A stretch of 63,182 bases of DNA, filler included, from Craspedostauros australis (taxonomy: Eukaryota): NCBI GenBank assembly GCA_030167865.1. It is 6 parts of 6 records of this genome, joined end to end, with 100 filler letters (N's around TTAATTAATTAA, not from the genome) between each part and the next. Parts side by side here need not be neighbours in the genome. Positions count along the whole stretch, not along the records: positions 27,075 to 55,245 come from JALAGF010000016.1; 5 more parts are not named here. One strand, 5' to 3'. Below the pieces are notes generated by a model. The model made no database searches, was not told the origin of the DNA, and worked only from the letters and a program-made list of their open reading frames with translations. A program made the translations under genes and the position numbers. Shown here in pieces: positions 33,492-46,900 of the stretch (the stretch's first letter is position 1; every line of letters starts with the position of its first letter).

Positions 33492-35111
33492 TTACTTTGA
33501 CACCTCATGGATGGCTTCGGCCACGTAGTCCACGTTGCCGGATGTCACGCCCGCCATGGACAAGCGGCCGTCAAGGGTGCAGTAGACGTGGAAGTTCTCG
33601 CGCATGGTCACGACCTGGTCCTTTGTCAGCCCAGAGAATGCAAACATGCTGTGATCGTCATCGTCATGAGCAAAACGTCGTCATTGGTATTGTCGTGTGT
33701 ATCATTCAACGGAGAGGAGGTCAAATTGTGAGTAAGACTGTTGCCCAAGCCAATCCAAATCAACGCGCCTGTGGAAAAAAGATTCATCCCCCCAACACAC
33801 CTGCATCGCAGCATGGCACAACTCATCAGAACACACGATTCCACACTGCAATACAATGCAATATAACGCAACGCAATGCAACGCAACGTACCCAATCTGC
33901 TTCGTGATGTGCTCCCAATTCTTGGTCGATCCCTTCTCCTCGAGCTTGGACCGCAATGCGACTCTCATGGTGCCGATGCGATCGGCCATGTCCTGACATT
34001 GCACCAGGAAGTCAGAATGCAGCTTGGGGTCATCGAGGATGGTGGAGACGAGACGTGCGCCGTGGCGTGGAGGATTGGAGTACATCGGGCGGATGACCAT
34101 CTTTATTTGCGACTGGACGCGCTTGGCTTCCTCCTCCGACTCGGTCACCACCGAGAGAGCGCCGACACGCTGTCCGTAGAGCCCGAAGTTCTTGGAGAAC
34201 GACTGCACCATCGCCATGTAGTGGCCGTCCTCGACGAACATGCGGACGGCGCCGGCATCCGTGTTGCTGTTGCCGCTGGCGAAGCCCTGGTAGGCGGAAT
34301 CAAAGAAGGGGAACAGCGACTTGCTCTTGCAAATATCGCTGATCTGCTTCCACTGCTCGAGGGTCGGGTCCATGCCGGTGGGGTTGTGCGCGCAGGCATG
34401 CAGCAGCACGATGCTGCCCTCCGGCATGTCCTTCAGATCGGCGATCATGCCGTCGTAGTCCAAGTCAGAAGATTCGGAGTCGTAGTAGCGGTACCTGCGA
34501 ACTTCGAGACCGGCGTTGGTGAAGATGGGAATGTGGTTGCCCCAGGTCGGATTGGGGATGTAAATGTGCTTGTGCCCATGGCGGCGCATAAGCTCACCAA
34601 AGACACGCAATCCACCCGTTCCTGACAATGCCTGAACGCCGCTGATGCGGCCATCCTGCAACGGAACGGAGTCGTCGCCGTACCCGAATTTCATCGCCAG
34701 GTCCACGAACTTCATCTCTCCCGCGATGCCCGCGTACTCCATGTCCATCTTGGCATCCAGAATGCGCTGCTCCGCCTCCCGCACGCACGGCAGGACGTAC
34801 GGCTTGCCAGCATCGTCACGGTAAGCACCCACGCCCAGAATGACCTTGTTGGGGTAGTCATCGAGCTGGAACTGCTCGTTGAGACCGATGATGGGATCCG
34901 GTGGGGCCATCTCGAAGGACGCCCATGGGCTCGCAGCAGAACTCAGCGATCGTCTGCTGACACCGATCGTGGCCTTCGCGAATGCATTGCTGATGGATCC
35001 ACTTCTCACAGCAACAGCACAAGCGTTTCGTGCGCTTGGTGCCGATCGCAGGCTGGCCGACGAGGCACGCAGCAACGGTCGCTGAAGTTTGTTCCACATG
35101 GTGCTCTGCAT
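33492..35111 (-). CDS. Aspartate aminotransferase, mitochondrial type; exons 35111-33892 and 33648-33492
   Basis: Motifs APPDPIIGL, LGVGAYRDD, QALSGTGGLR, LHACAHNPTG, FDSAYQGFASG and SFSKNFGLYGQRVG (PLP lysine). The phase-2 intron 33891-33649 (GTACGT...CACAG) restores QIG-MFAFSGL...DGRLSMAG. Arg/Ser-rich mitochondrial presequence. Confidence 0.96.
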
Positions 35112-35715
35112 GTTGCTACGTATTACAACAATATATAATGTGTTATTATGTGAGATGTATTGGTATTGCTGGGCGCACTGCTCAAGTCGCTTTCGTCTTG
35201 TGCTGCCAGAGATCACTTGGGAGCTTCTGTGTGTCTCCTCCTTGTTTGGATTTTGATTTGCAAGTGAGGGACATCTGTGTGGCTCTCTTTGACACACACG
35301 CACGCGAAGAGGTACAATACACACTCTCTTCATCTGCGGGAGCTCTCCAACACTGTCCTCCGTGGTGGTGGTGTTGGTGGTCGCGGCAGTGATGTGTCTA
35401 CTATGGATCCTCACAACAGTGAGCGATGCAGACAGACGGCAAAGATCCCGTGAGACTGCCGTCATTTTGCGGAGTGACATCGCCCGTTCCCAGAACATGT
35501 TCGATTTTGTGGCGACGAACGAGAGAAGTTTGTTCGCGAACCCTGAGTTCGTGTAATTTCGCTTTTTTGGTCAAACGAATCAAATCGAAGTGTGTCGATT
35601 GGTTGTTGGGAATTAGGCCTTTATCAGTACTTGTTTAACGACGTACTTCGATGAAACTAGACAGCACTCCAGAGAGCAAGTCAAGCCAGAGTGCGCCGCT
35701 TGTTTCAGCTCGGGC

Positions 35716-37011
35716 TCATTTTATGGCAGTGTGGAGTTGCGCCGTCTTGCCCTGCAGTTCCTCTGACGTCAGCGCATCGACAGCAGCCTTGGCCGCGTCC
35801 CTTCGATTGATTGCCCTTCTGGTGGCCTCCTGGTACGCCTTCTTCTCACTCTCGGTGAGATCGTCGCCGTCGGCAGCCGCAATTGGATCAGTGCCGTCCT
35901 CCGGGAACGAGTATTCCACAGGAAGGTCTTCCTGCACGAAGTTGTCCTCGTACCGGCTCATTTGCAGAATTGTGTGAGACAGGCTGGGGAATTCCTTCTT
36001 GACGATGTCCTCCCCCTCCCGTTTCAATCCGTTGAAAGTCCCGAAAGGCGTTTCGAAATCCTTGAACGCGTACGGCGCCGTGGACACGAGAACGAAGTTG
36101 GTCGGCTGCTTGCCTGCCGCACGCGATGTGCCACCGAAGACGGACGGCGACGACGATTCCTGCTGCGCCAGCTTGAGGGCGCCCATCATGTTGCGCAGGC
36201 CCTCGATCTCCACGCGTCCCTTCGTGGGATCGGCCACGGCACGGAAGAGGAAGGCGATGTTCAATCCGCTGACAGCACGCGGTTGGTTGCCGTTGAAGTC
36301 GGTGGCGCACCAGATGACGCTGTCGACTCCCTCGCAGATGGTGTTGCATTGGACGGGGTCCAGCAATTCGCACTCGACAAGCCGCAGATTCTGGAGGTTG
36401 TAATCCTTCATGTAATCGGCGTACTCGAAGGTTGCCACGCGATCGTCCCCGCTCCATGCCGCGCCGATGTTGCCGACGCCGTCCTCAGCGCCGACCTCGT
36501 AGGACAATCGGCCGTAACCGCGCTGCGTGGGACTGTCCTCGCCGACATAATGAACGCAGGCCACGACCTCGGTCTGCGGGTTGTTGCGCAGCAGATTGCG
36601 GCACACCATGGATCCCAGGCGTCCGTTGGCGCCCACCACGAGAACCCTCTTCTTCTTCAGGGACATCTCCTCCAATTCGGGCTCTTCTTCCACCACGGTC
36701 GGCGGGGCCTCGTAGTTGCGCGGTCGGCTGTCGCCCAACGAATCCTCCATGGCGCGGATCTGCTCGCGCAGCTCTTCGGCCTTGCGGCGCAGTCGTTCGG
36801 CTTCGGTATCATTGGGGACGTCGCCAGTCTCATCGTCAGTTGCCGCCATCGTCATCGCCGTTGTTGCTGTTGTTGCTGTTGTTCGTGTGCATGTCGCAGC
36901 AGCAGAAGGAGTTGATCGTGACGAAGTGCCGATCGAGAAGGATCGCCCGGATCCAACGCAGGCAAGAGCCTGCAACACCAGCAAGGCGCCTGCAGGACTG
37001 GTCAGCTTCAT
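35716..37011 (-). CDS. Plastid-targeted atypical SDR / NAD(P)-binding Rossmann protein (Tic62/NAD_binding_10-like)
   Basis: Motifs VLVVGANGRLG, GVDSVIWCA, VEIEGLRNM, LKREGE and INRRDAAKAAVDAL. Signal ends GRS-FSIG, followed by a Thr/Ala-rich transit peptide and a coiled coil. Confidence 0.85.
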   Translation of the reverse strand: MKLTSPAGALLVLQALACVGSGRSFSIGTSSRSTPSAAATCTRTTATTATTAMTMAATDDETGDVPNDTEAERLRRKAEELREQIRAMEDSLGDSRPRNYEAPPTVVEEEPELEEMSLKKKRVLVVGANGRLGSMVCRNLLRNNPQTEVVACVHYVGEDSPTQRGYGRLSYEVGAEDGVGNIGAAWSGDDRVATFEYADYMKDYNLQNLRLVECELLDPVQCNTICEGVDSVIWCATDFNGNQPRAVSGLNIAFLFRAVADPTKGRVEIEGLRNMMGALKLAQQESSSPSVFGGTSRAAGKQPTNFVLVSTAPYAFKDFETPFGTFNGLKREGEDIVKKEFPSLSHTILQMSRYEDNFVQEDLPVEYSFPEDGTDPIAAADGDDLTESEKKAYQEATRRAINRRDAAKAAVDALTSEELQGKTAQLHTAIK

Positions 37012-37249
37012 GGCAGTCTGATCGAAGCTCGAAATGGAGTAGAGTATCGTAGAGCAGAGTAAAATGGAATAGAATGCCGAAAATGGAAACAAAGAGACGG
37101 AGAGAGTGCTGCGATGCTGATCGATCAAGGGTGTGACAAACCGCGTTGTGATGCCCGCAGAATGGGAGCGAAAATGGAGCTGGTGCAATGACGGTGGGCG
37201 AAGAAGATCCTTGGCTCTCTCGTTCCTGCTTTCTGCGTTGTGTTGCGTG

Positions 37250-37257
37250 TGACGTCA
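37250..37257. promoter_or_regulatory. TGACGTCA bZIP-type palindrome upstream of the SDR gene
   Basis: Perfect CRE-like octamer ~240 bp upstream of the ATG at 37011, in a divergent intergenic region. Confidence 0.25.
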
Positions 37258-37904
37258 TCTTGGTCGAACCCAATTCCATTCTGTCCCACCAAACAAAACG
37301 TGATTCAGCTCTTGAATGCGGACGTTATGTGGACGTTAAAACTGCCTTTCATCGTGTGCACATGGGCAAAACCACAAGATGTTCAAATTTTTTGGCGGCA
37401 AGATGAGGCAAACTTCCACGGACGACGACCCACTGAATCAAACCAACCCAGCACGTATTAGTACGTGCATGAACAAGGGGGGCAAAGAAGCCAAGAAACA
37501 AAGAGACAACTGTTTCGCACAAAGACCAACACGGAACGACCACTCCGCAAGGGGAAGTGCCACCTGATGCCGCCAATCATTCCAAGGCCATCACACCATA
37601 CTAGTACGTGCTGGCACCTCTTAACCTGCACTCTACGACGCACAGCTATTATACATTTGTGCTTGCATCCAGCCATCCATCATCGGGCAAATAGCCGTTG
37701 GTTGCGTCCACTTTCGTCCAAAGTCGATCTAGTTGCCGTTGGCATCAACTCGGAATGCATTTCATTCAATCAAAGAAGACAAACCAAAGAATAGAGGTCA
37801 AAGAGGAGAGCAGAGCAGAGCAGATACTCAAGGGCTCACACTTTGCTAGTCCAGCACTGCCATCAGCATCCACGGCAGCACCAACAGCAGCATCTATCCA
37901 CCCA

Positions 37905-40900
37905 ATGCCATCAACCCCGGCTCGAAAGCCGCCGAGGAGCGATGTTGGCGGTGTTGCCAGCAGAGAACGCGTTGGAGGCAGTGATCATGCCAGCGCCGCT
38001 AACATGGCCAACGTGGCCAACAACAGCACAAACGGAGATGGCGGCACCACGAACACACCGTCGCGATCGCTGATGGACAAGCTGATGGATCTCAACGACT
38101 CCTGGCTGGCCCAGCGCAGCACCGGAACCGTGCCGAGCCGCGGCCTGAGCAACAGCATCAGCATCAGCGGCAGTCTCAGCAACAGCTTCAACATCAGCAT
38201 GAGTTTGAGCAAGGACGAGGACGCACCCACGGTCGCCAGCGGCGGCAATGCATCCAACGCACAGGACTCCACGGGCACGCGGCCGCTGATGGACAAGATG
38301 CAGCTGCTCGAACAGCGGTGGACCGAAACGAGATCGGTGGATTCCAGACGCACACAGCTCAATCGCAGCGCCGGTGACACACCGTCGTTGCGCAGTCGGA
38401 CGGATATCGCATCGGTGGTCATCAATGGCTCGCAATCCTCATCGTCGTCATCCGTGTCGGACGCAACGAAGCATCGGCCGCAGCATCTGCAGATCGATTT
38501 TGTGGATCGTGATGGCACCACTGGTAGCATGGTGGCGCCGCCTGCATCGAAGATACCGGCACGATCCGCAGCGGCATCGAGACGTGGTCGCAGTCACGAA
38601 CGCAGAGGCGATGATGGCAGCAGCATTGGTCGATCTGTTGGGCGGTCGGCGCATAATACTGGGCGTGCCAATGCGACCGACGATGATGCAAGCAGGTCTC
38701 CTTCGAGCGGGAGAGGTTTGTTCGTCAGCGATATCGTCGCGCGGTACGGTCAAAATGGCTGTTCGGACAGTGACACCACATCGCGCGGCACTCATGATGA
38801 TGATGACGATGACTCGCCATCGATTGGCGAAAGCACCATCTCCACGCAGCCGTCCTTGGAACGTGATGAAAAGCAGTCGGTCTTTGAGCGCCTGTACAGC
38901 CAACGCAAACCCAGCCCACGCGATCCCTCGGCTTACACCACGCCGAGAGCCCACAATTACGATTCTTCCGATTCCATGTCTACCGGCGGCAGCGGATACA
39001 AATCGACGCGGTCTTACACTCCCAAAATGGGCACTGCAGTCACGCGTCGCGCCAAAAACAGGCTGGGATTCTTCCAATCATCCGCGGGCAAATCGAAGGC
39101 GGCACCCTCCTCCTCCGGCGCCAGCGTCACCAGCCACAAATCCGTCCCTGCCAATCATTCGCGACAACGCACCAGACTGCAAGCGCGCAATACCACCGCC
39201 ACCAGCAGCAGTAGCAGCAATAGTGTCAGATCCAGACTAGTTTCGCCGCAGAACAGTGTCGCAAGTACCAACAGCAGGCCTTCACCCAGAGGCTCGGCCT
39301 CTGTCGGCAGCGCAACAGACTCGGTCGATGATGCCACCATCGTCTCCGTCTTTCATCGCCTGTACAAGAATGAGAAACGCCCAGACAAACTCTGGACGAA
39401 GCCAGAGGCCATGGTGCCCGTGTTGCCGTCAGATGATGGTTTGCGTATTTCCCCACTCAGCGCTGCTTTACCGCCATCCTTCGCATCATCCACAACGTCA
39501 TCGAGGAGAGGGCAGCCCAAAGGAACCATGATGAAATCATCAATACCACCATCTTCTTCGTCCATCGCATGCGCTGCATCACGGCCGCGATCGCCGACGC
39601 TGGATGATGAGTTAGCGGCAATCCAACACGTTGGCAATGACATCCAAGCTCTCAGAGATGCGCACCGTGTGCATTCCAATCCTTCGCCCGCATCGGCCAA
39701 TTCCGCAATTCCACCACCAGCAAGCAACGGCAACCATGATGCAAAAGCTATCCAGGCGAAACCTGCGCAGAAATCCAACAGATCCGCGCTCTCCGTATCG
39801 ACTGCGGAGGCCCTCGATTTGCTTGCCAGCTTCACAGTCGGCGGCGACGACGAATCCAGCGAGGGGCTTCTCACGCCAACCATGTTTGCGGATTCGGACA
39901 TGCACTTCCTGGATCATCCCTCCATTTCGACTGTCAATGAACAAAGCAGCGCCTCCGACAGTCAGTCCAAACCACCAACAGCGCCCAGCCTCGCGGAGAA
40001 GGTCGAAAGCAGCATCGACGTCTCCCGCGATAACTCCAGAGACACGCAGGCATCTGGATTCCTCTCGTTGGATCAGCCATCTGGTGGATTGGTGATGGAG
40101 TACCACGGTCCGGTGAACTTCGTGGCTCAGAGAGTCGATCTCCTCATCTCGCCACAAAAACGACGTCTATACCGAAGACAGGGAAGCGGATCAAACAGCA
40201 GCGAGGGCGATGTGTCTGCAGCCGACAGCGAAGATTCGTTGCTCACACCATTGCGATTGCGAACAGCCGCATCCATCACGATTCAGAGCGCATGGCGACG
40301 ACGCAAGGCAGATTTCGCCATCTTGGAAATGCTCCTCGAAGAGTGGACGGTCGACATCTTCCTGGCGTCGACTGGCATGATCGACGGTACCACCTTCATT
40401 CAACAATACACCAAGATCGAAGTGCTCAACACAGCGATCCACCAACTCGACTGTGCGTGGCTGGTCGATGGGTTGTACGAAGCCAAAGGGAAGATCATCG
40501 CATCATGGGAGAAGGACATCGCGCTGCACTATGAGACGCAGGGCAACGATCTCGGTCCGCAGGAAACTGCAGCAGTCCGAAGCTGGTGTCAAACTTTGCA
40601 GTGTCCTGCAATCCTCAAGCCGTGGAGCAAACATCGGCTGGCGACGAACTTGGTGCATCTGTCGTTGGAATTGAAAAGGAGAAAAGAGATGCCCATTCTT
40701 CGCATTGCAGCAGCAATCTTCATTCAGGCGGCTTATCGTCGGTACAGATGCAGATGCGAATTCGTGAAACTGCAAGAGGAACGCGCTCTTCGCGACATTG
40801 CCAATCCGCCGACAGTCGTTGAATCCGACGAAGCCAAGCGCAGGAGAGCGACGCTAACCCTGCAGCGGTGGATGCGATTGAGCGCGCTCAAACGCGCGAT

Positions 40901-43900
40901 CACCAGCAATCCGGCACATCAGAAGGAACTCACGAAGGCGCTGCTTTCTCCGGCGTCATCATGCGCATCCAGCAGCAGCAACGCATTCGATTTCGCAGAC
41001 GCCAGCACCATTTTGAAAGCGAGCTATCACGATTTGGGCGGATCCTTCCATTCCATGGGATCTGATTCTTTGTTTATGCAACCCACCGATCTCGCTTCTC
41101 CATCGCAATTCCCCAAGATGTGGATGGAGTCACCCTTCGATGTGCGCATGTCGGCTGTCGCGATCCACCAGATCGTCCGTGGCTACCTCACCAGTTTGCG
41201 CATCCATCGAAGGCACAAAAAGGCAGCATGCATCCAAATGCAGTACCGCAGATACAAACGTCGACAGAATAACGCAGCCAAACGACACGCTGTACAGGTT
41301 TTACAGCACGCAGTGCGAGCATTCCTCCATCGAACGTCAAGCCGAAAGGCTGCAATCGTCATTCAGCGCATGTGGAGACGGGCGATGTTGCGCAATCGCA
41401 ATGAAAGGCAACTGCTGGCAACAGTCCGCATACAGTCGTGCTGGAGACGGTATGCCTGCATCAAGGCGTGGCGAGACACAAGGCGGAAAGCGATTCAAAT
41501 ACAAAGCATCGTTCGACGTCATAAGCACAGACGCAGATACCGAACGGGCATTCGAGGAATCGTCATGCTTCAGAAATACTACCGCGATCGGAAATCGATC
41601 ACGTCCCATCTTTCAGCAACCATGATCCAAGCTTGTTGGCGATGTCACGCAGCACTGAATCAGTACAGTCTCAAGTCATTTGCTGTGGTCACAATCCAAA
41701 CGGCTTTGCGACGTTATGCAACCCGCCGGCGTTATCTCTCCCAGCAAGCTGCTACAACGAAGATCCAATGCTTGGTTCGAAGGGCGCAGGCGAAACAACG
41801 CTGTCGGGATCATCTCGCCTCCATCATCACGATCCAGAGTGCCATCCGTCGATGGAAGGCACGGACAGTGGCCGACTTTCGTCTTGTAGCGTGGATTCAT
41901 TTGCAGAAGCTGTATCGTGGCCGCAAGCTGAGACTCGCACTGCGTCAACAAGCCCTAGCCGCAACTCTGATTCAACAACGTTGGCGCCATGCCTACTTGC
42001 TGTCAGTGTACGCGAAGAGGTGCAACGCTGCATTGAAGTTGCAATCATGCTGGCGTGATCAACACCGCCGACGTCATCTTCGACGACGCATCGCGTGCAT
42101 CCGATTTCAATCCGCATTTCGTGGATATCTCGCACGTCAACAATTCAAACGCAAGGTGGCGGCTGTCGGCATTTTGCAACGATTCTCAAGACGCGTCTAT
42201 GCCAAACGAGTTGCGTCCGCCATGATCATCCAATCCATCGTCCGCATGGCTCGATTGCAACGGCAGTATGGCGGGATGGTGCTTTATGCTACTCAGATCC
42301 AAGCATGGATTCGGACACATCAAGCAAAGAGCAGGTATCATCGTCAACGCGTCGGTATCGTCAAGCTGCAATCCGTGGCGCGACGCAAAATCACGCGAAG
42401 CCGGTTGAGGCGCGCCCATCAACAACGAGTCGAGTCCGCCACGATCATCCAATCCATCGTCCGACGATGGCATCACCGACGACAGTACGACGAGATAGTG
42501 TCAGGTGTCATTCAGATTCAAACGCGGGTCCGAACAAACCACACCAAGAGGAGGTATCATCGTCAACGCGCAGCCATCATCAAGCTGCAATCGGTGGCGC
42601 GACGAAGAATCGTGCAACAGGAGCGCAGGCAAGCTCACCAACAACAAGAAGCATTCGCCACGACCGTCCAATCCATCTTCCGAAGATGGCATCAACGCCG
42701 AAAGTACAACAAGATGTTGCTCTGTATATCTCGCATCCAAGCTCGGGTCCGAACAAACCACACCAAGAGGAGGTATCATCGTCAACGCGCAGCCATCATC
42801 AAGCTGCAATCGGTGGCGCGACGCGAAATCACGCAAAACCGGTTGATGGACGCCCATCAACAACGAGACATGTCCGCCATGGTCATCCAATCGATCGTCA
42901 GGATGATTCAATCGCGACGAAGGTACCGTTGCATCTCTTCGGGTGCAACACAGATCCAAGCAATGGTGCGAACACGCCAAGCACATGCGAGATATAATTG
43001 TCAACGCGCAGCCGTGATCAAGCTCCAATCACTAGCGAGGCGTGGGATTGCGCGAGGAGAGTTCGCGCGAGTCCACACCGAGCGGCATGCATCCGCCATC
43101 AAGATCCAATCCATCTTCCGAAGGATACGACAGCAACGGCAGTACCGCAAAATGGCATTGGTTTCGACTCACATCCAAGCATTGGTGCGGAAACGTCAAG
43201 CGCATGCAAAGTATCATCAACATCGCACAGGCATCATCAAGCTGCAATCACTGATGAGATCCAAGATGATGCAAAAGGACCTGAGAATCACGAAAGCAGC
43301 TCTCATCCTGATCCAAAGCACCATGAGGCGTTATCAGGCACACCAGGCTTTCGCAAACATAAAGCAAGCAGCCACAGCAATCCAACGCATTTGGTGTGCG
43401 CGAAGATTCCGACGACGCTGCATTCAAGCGTCCATCATGTTCCAAAAGGCCGGGCGGTCGTTCTTGGCCAAGTCGAGATGGAGGCGATCCATTGCTTCCA
43501 TCTCCAAGATACAAGCAGTCTTCCGTGGTTGGAGACAATGGCGGCACTACCAATTGATCACTGGGCACGATCCACGTCAACGATTGCTTCGTGTTTGGCT
43601 TCACCGGGATCTTCTCGCGTTGAGACGACGTCAGGATCGGCAAAACGACGCAGCCAACCACATCCAGACCTTTTGGATGGGCGCGCATCAACGAAAGTGC
43701 TACGCCAGAGCACGTGCGAGCATCATCTTGTTGCAATCACACGGAAGAAAGCTGTTGGCATGCAAACTCTACCAACGCAAGCATGATGCACATTGCCATC
43801 GGGTTGCCAATATCATTCTCATCCAATCTGCCTGGCGTGCTGCGAGTGCGCGAGATCAATACATGCAGCACCGTGCTGCTATCGTCACCCTTCAGACCAT

Positions 43901-46900
43901 GGCTCGGATGTGGAATGCCAAAGCACTGTACCAAAACGAACTGACAACATTCAGACATTGCACAGTAGCAGCTACCATCATCCAAGCACAAGTGAGAGGC
44001 TCGCATCAACGAGCAGCCTATGCACAAGCAATCGCATCAGCCATCCTGCTGCAAGCTCATTCAAGGAAGCGGCTGGCGCGCAAACACTATCGTTGTCATG
44101 TTGCATGTGTCGCTCTCATCCAATCTGCCTGGCGTGCTGCAAACGCCCACGGTCGATACATGCACCAACGTGCAGCCATCATCACCATGCAGACGATGGC
44201 TCGGGCATGGAAAGCACAAGCGCTGTACAAGACCAAGATGGCAAGATTCAAACACTGCACAACAGCAGCGACGACCATCCAATCGCAATGGAGAGGATCC
44301 CAGGTTCTCGGACAGTACACCTACTCGAGGGCGTCAATCATCATGCTTCAATCGATCGTCCGTCGCCGTTTGGGCCGATGCGAGTTCCACAGAAGATGCA
44401 GGCAACGGCAGGAGCGAATGGCCAGCACGTTGCTCCAGTCTCAATGGAGACGCCGAACGGAACAAGTTCGATACCACCGGCAGAAATGCATTATCATGCA
44501 TATGCAGGCCTGCGTTCGACGCAAGCAGCAGCTTCGTCGATACAACACACTCCGGAGTCATTCGATCGCTGCAGTGGTATGCATTCAACGCATCCAGCGC
44601 GGGATCAAGGCACGCAAATCATTCCGTCTCCACATCGCATCGTGCGTGAGACTTCAAGCACGGGCTCGAGCCCAGAGCACACGATTGCGCTACCTGAGGA
44701 TCAAACGCAGACTCATCGCGCTGCAATGTTTATGGCGGTGCCACTCGTCGCGTTCGCAACTCATCAAGCGGCGACAAGAGCACCAAGCGATGTTGATTCA
44801 GACTGCAACACGATTGCAGGCGTGCTGGAGACGGCACAGGGCAACGCGGCACTATGGTGCGAGCCTATCCGCAATCATCTGCCTCCAGAAGCTGGCTCGG
44901 ATGGAAGCCGCAGTGCGAGAGTATGGCCTAAAGCGTTCGTCTGCAATGAAACTGCAGACGTGGGGTCGCAAGTTAGTCATGATGGCAAGATTCGTGCCTC
45001 TCTTGGCCGAATACAGGGCCATGGTGGCAGACAAGAACGCCACGACCATCCAGTCAACATGGCGCGGCTTTGCGTATCGAAAGTGGTGCCTGGACTCGTT
45101 GCAGTTGGTGGAGGAAGGTGCAGCAACCACGATTCAGTCTAATTACCGTGCATCCCAGGTGCGTGCTATGGTGCTTCTTTGGCATGGAAGCGCCATGCTC
45201 GTCCAGGCCAATTGGAGAGGTCACGTTGAAATCACAACGTATCGCGCATGCCGTAATGGCGTGATCGAGTTCCAGAGACTGTTCCGAGACTACTGCATCT
45301 TGCAACACCAGCTAGAGGCGGACCGCATCCGCTTTGATCAGCAGAGCATGATCGTCAAGATCGCCATCACCCTTCCGCAAATCTCAGCGATCGTTGCCTC
45401 GTATACGTCCTGGAACACCCGCTGGGTTTCTCAGACCAAGGCTGCTCGATGCATTCAGGGAGCATGGAATCGCCATCTTCTTCGGTGTGCACTGAAGGTG
45501 CGGGCGGCAACGACAGTCCAGAAGTATTGGAGATCTGCCCTGGCGCGTGACGCGTATGCCAGAACGCGTGCGTCGGTTCACATGATCCAATCCATTATCA
45601 GACGACACCTCGCTCGCAAGGTGTTCATTCGCACCGTTGCTTGTTGCATCTCAATTCAAGCGCTGTTCCGAAAAGCAATCCTTTCAAAACAGTATTACAA
45701 CCGAAAGCGCAGTGCAATCGTGATCCAATCCTGGTCACGATATCACAAGCAATCTGCAATCTACAAACGCCAACTTAGCGCAGCCACGTTGATCCAGGCA
45801 TCCGGACGAGCATTGTCGGGCCGAGAAAGGTATCTTCGGCTGTTACGAGATCGACGCAACCGCGCTGCTTCTGTTGTTACGAGAGCGTGGAGTGCGTATC
45901 ACGCCAAGCAGATGTCAAGGAAGCAGAGGGCCGCGACGTTGCTGCAGTCCGCCTGGCGGCGATCCTTCTTCGAGCATGCGTACACGGGGCACAAGATTTG
46001 CTGCATCATGATCCAGTCCAAATACAGATCGCACGCGCAAAGATGTTGGTTCGGAGACCTCAGGCACGCAGTTGTCAAACTGCAGTCGTTCTCAAGACGC
46101 GCTCAGGCCATGCGTCGGTATTCAGGAGCGCTGTCATGCGTTGTCCAAATACAGTGCGCGGCGCGACGATTCATCACAAGAAGACGCGCAAGAGCTGCAA
46201 GGCAAGCTGCAACGCGTATCCAATGCGTCGCTCGTGCACAATTGGCACGCAAGAGAATCCGGACACTTGCAGTCGATCGTTTGTGCCGTACGAATCGACT
46301 CAGGCTATCTCAGCGTGCCATGCGGCGCGCGGTCATCGGATGGGTCCGATCAAGGCGAAATCGCCGTGTTGTCTCAGCCATTCAAATTCAGACAGCGTAT
46401 CGCAACATGAAGACACGAAGGCAGCATTTGCAATCAATGGCAGCGACGCAAACAATCCAAGCAACCGTCCGCTCCTGGGTGCAGCGAAAGAAGTACCGAC
46501 GGTCAATGGCTGCCGCGATACGTGTGCAGTCGGTTTTCCGTCGAGCTCTTTGTCGATCGCAATACGGACGCCAGCGAGATGCCATTTCGCATCTACAAGC
46601 CTTTTTTCGTCGCGTACTTCAGCTGCATCGGTATCGTACCGCCAAGATGGCTTGTTCCAAGATACAGGCATTCGTTCGCTTGCGACATGCGCAGAAGCAG
46701 TTTGGATACATGCAAACCCAAGTCGTCACACTCCAATCCATATTCCGTCGTCACCTCTGCAAGCGGCGATTCGCGGAAGCACGAGCCGCAGTGTCGAAGC
46801 TGCAGCAATTTGCACGAGAACGGCTCCATGCTTTGCGTGAGGATCGACATCGATCTCGAATCATTGCAATGCAGTCGCTTGTTCGTCGGAAGCTCGCGAC

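Noticed and set aside
33702..33891. Apparent C-terminal extension of the aspartate aminotransferase ORF (YVALHCVALYC...) and its long N-terminal extension to 35498
   Set aside because: The C-terminal part is read-through into an intron with pentamer repeats; the true final exon is 33648-33492. The upstream part is most likely UTR.
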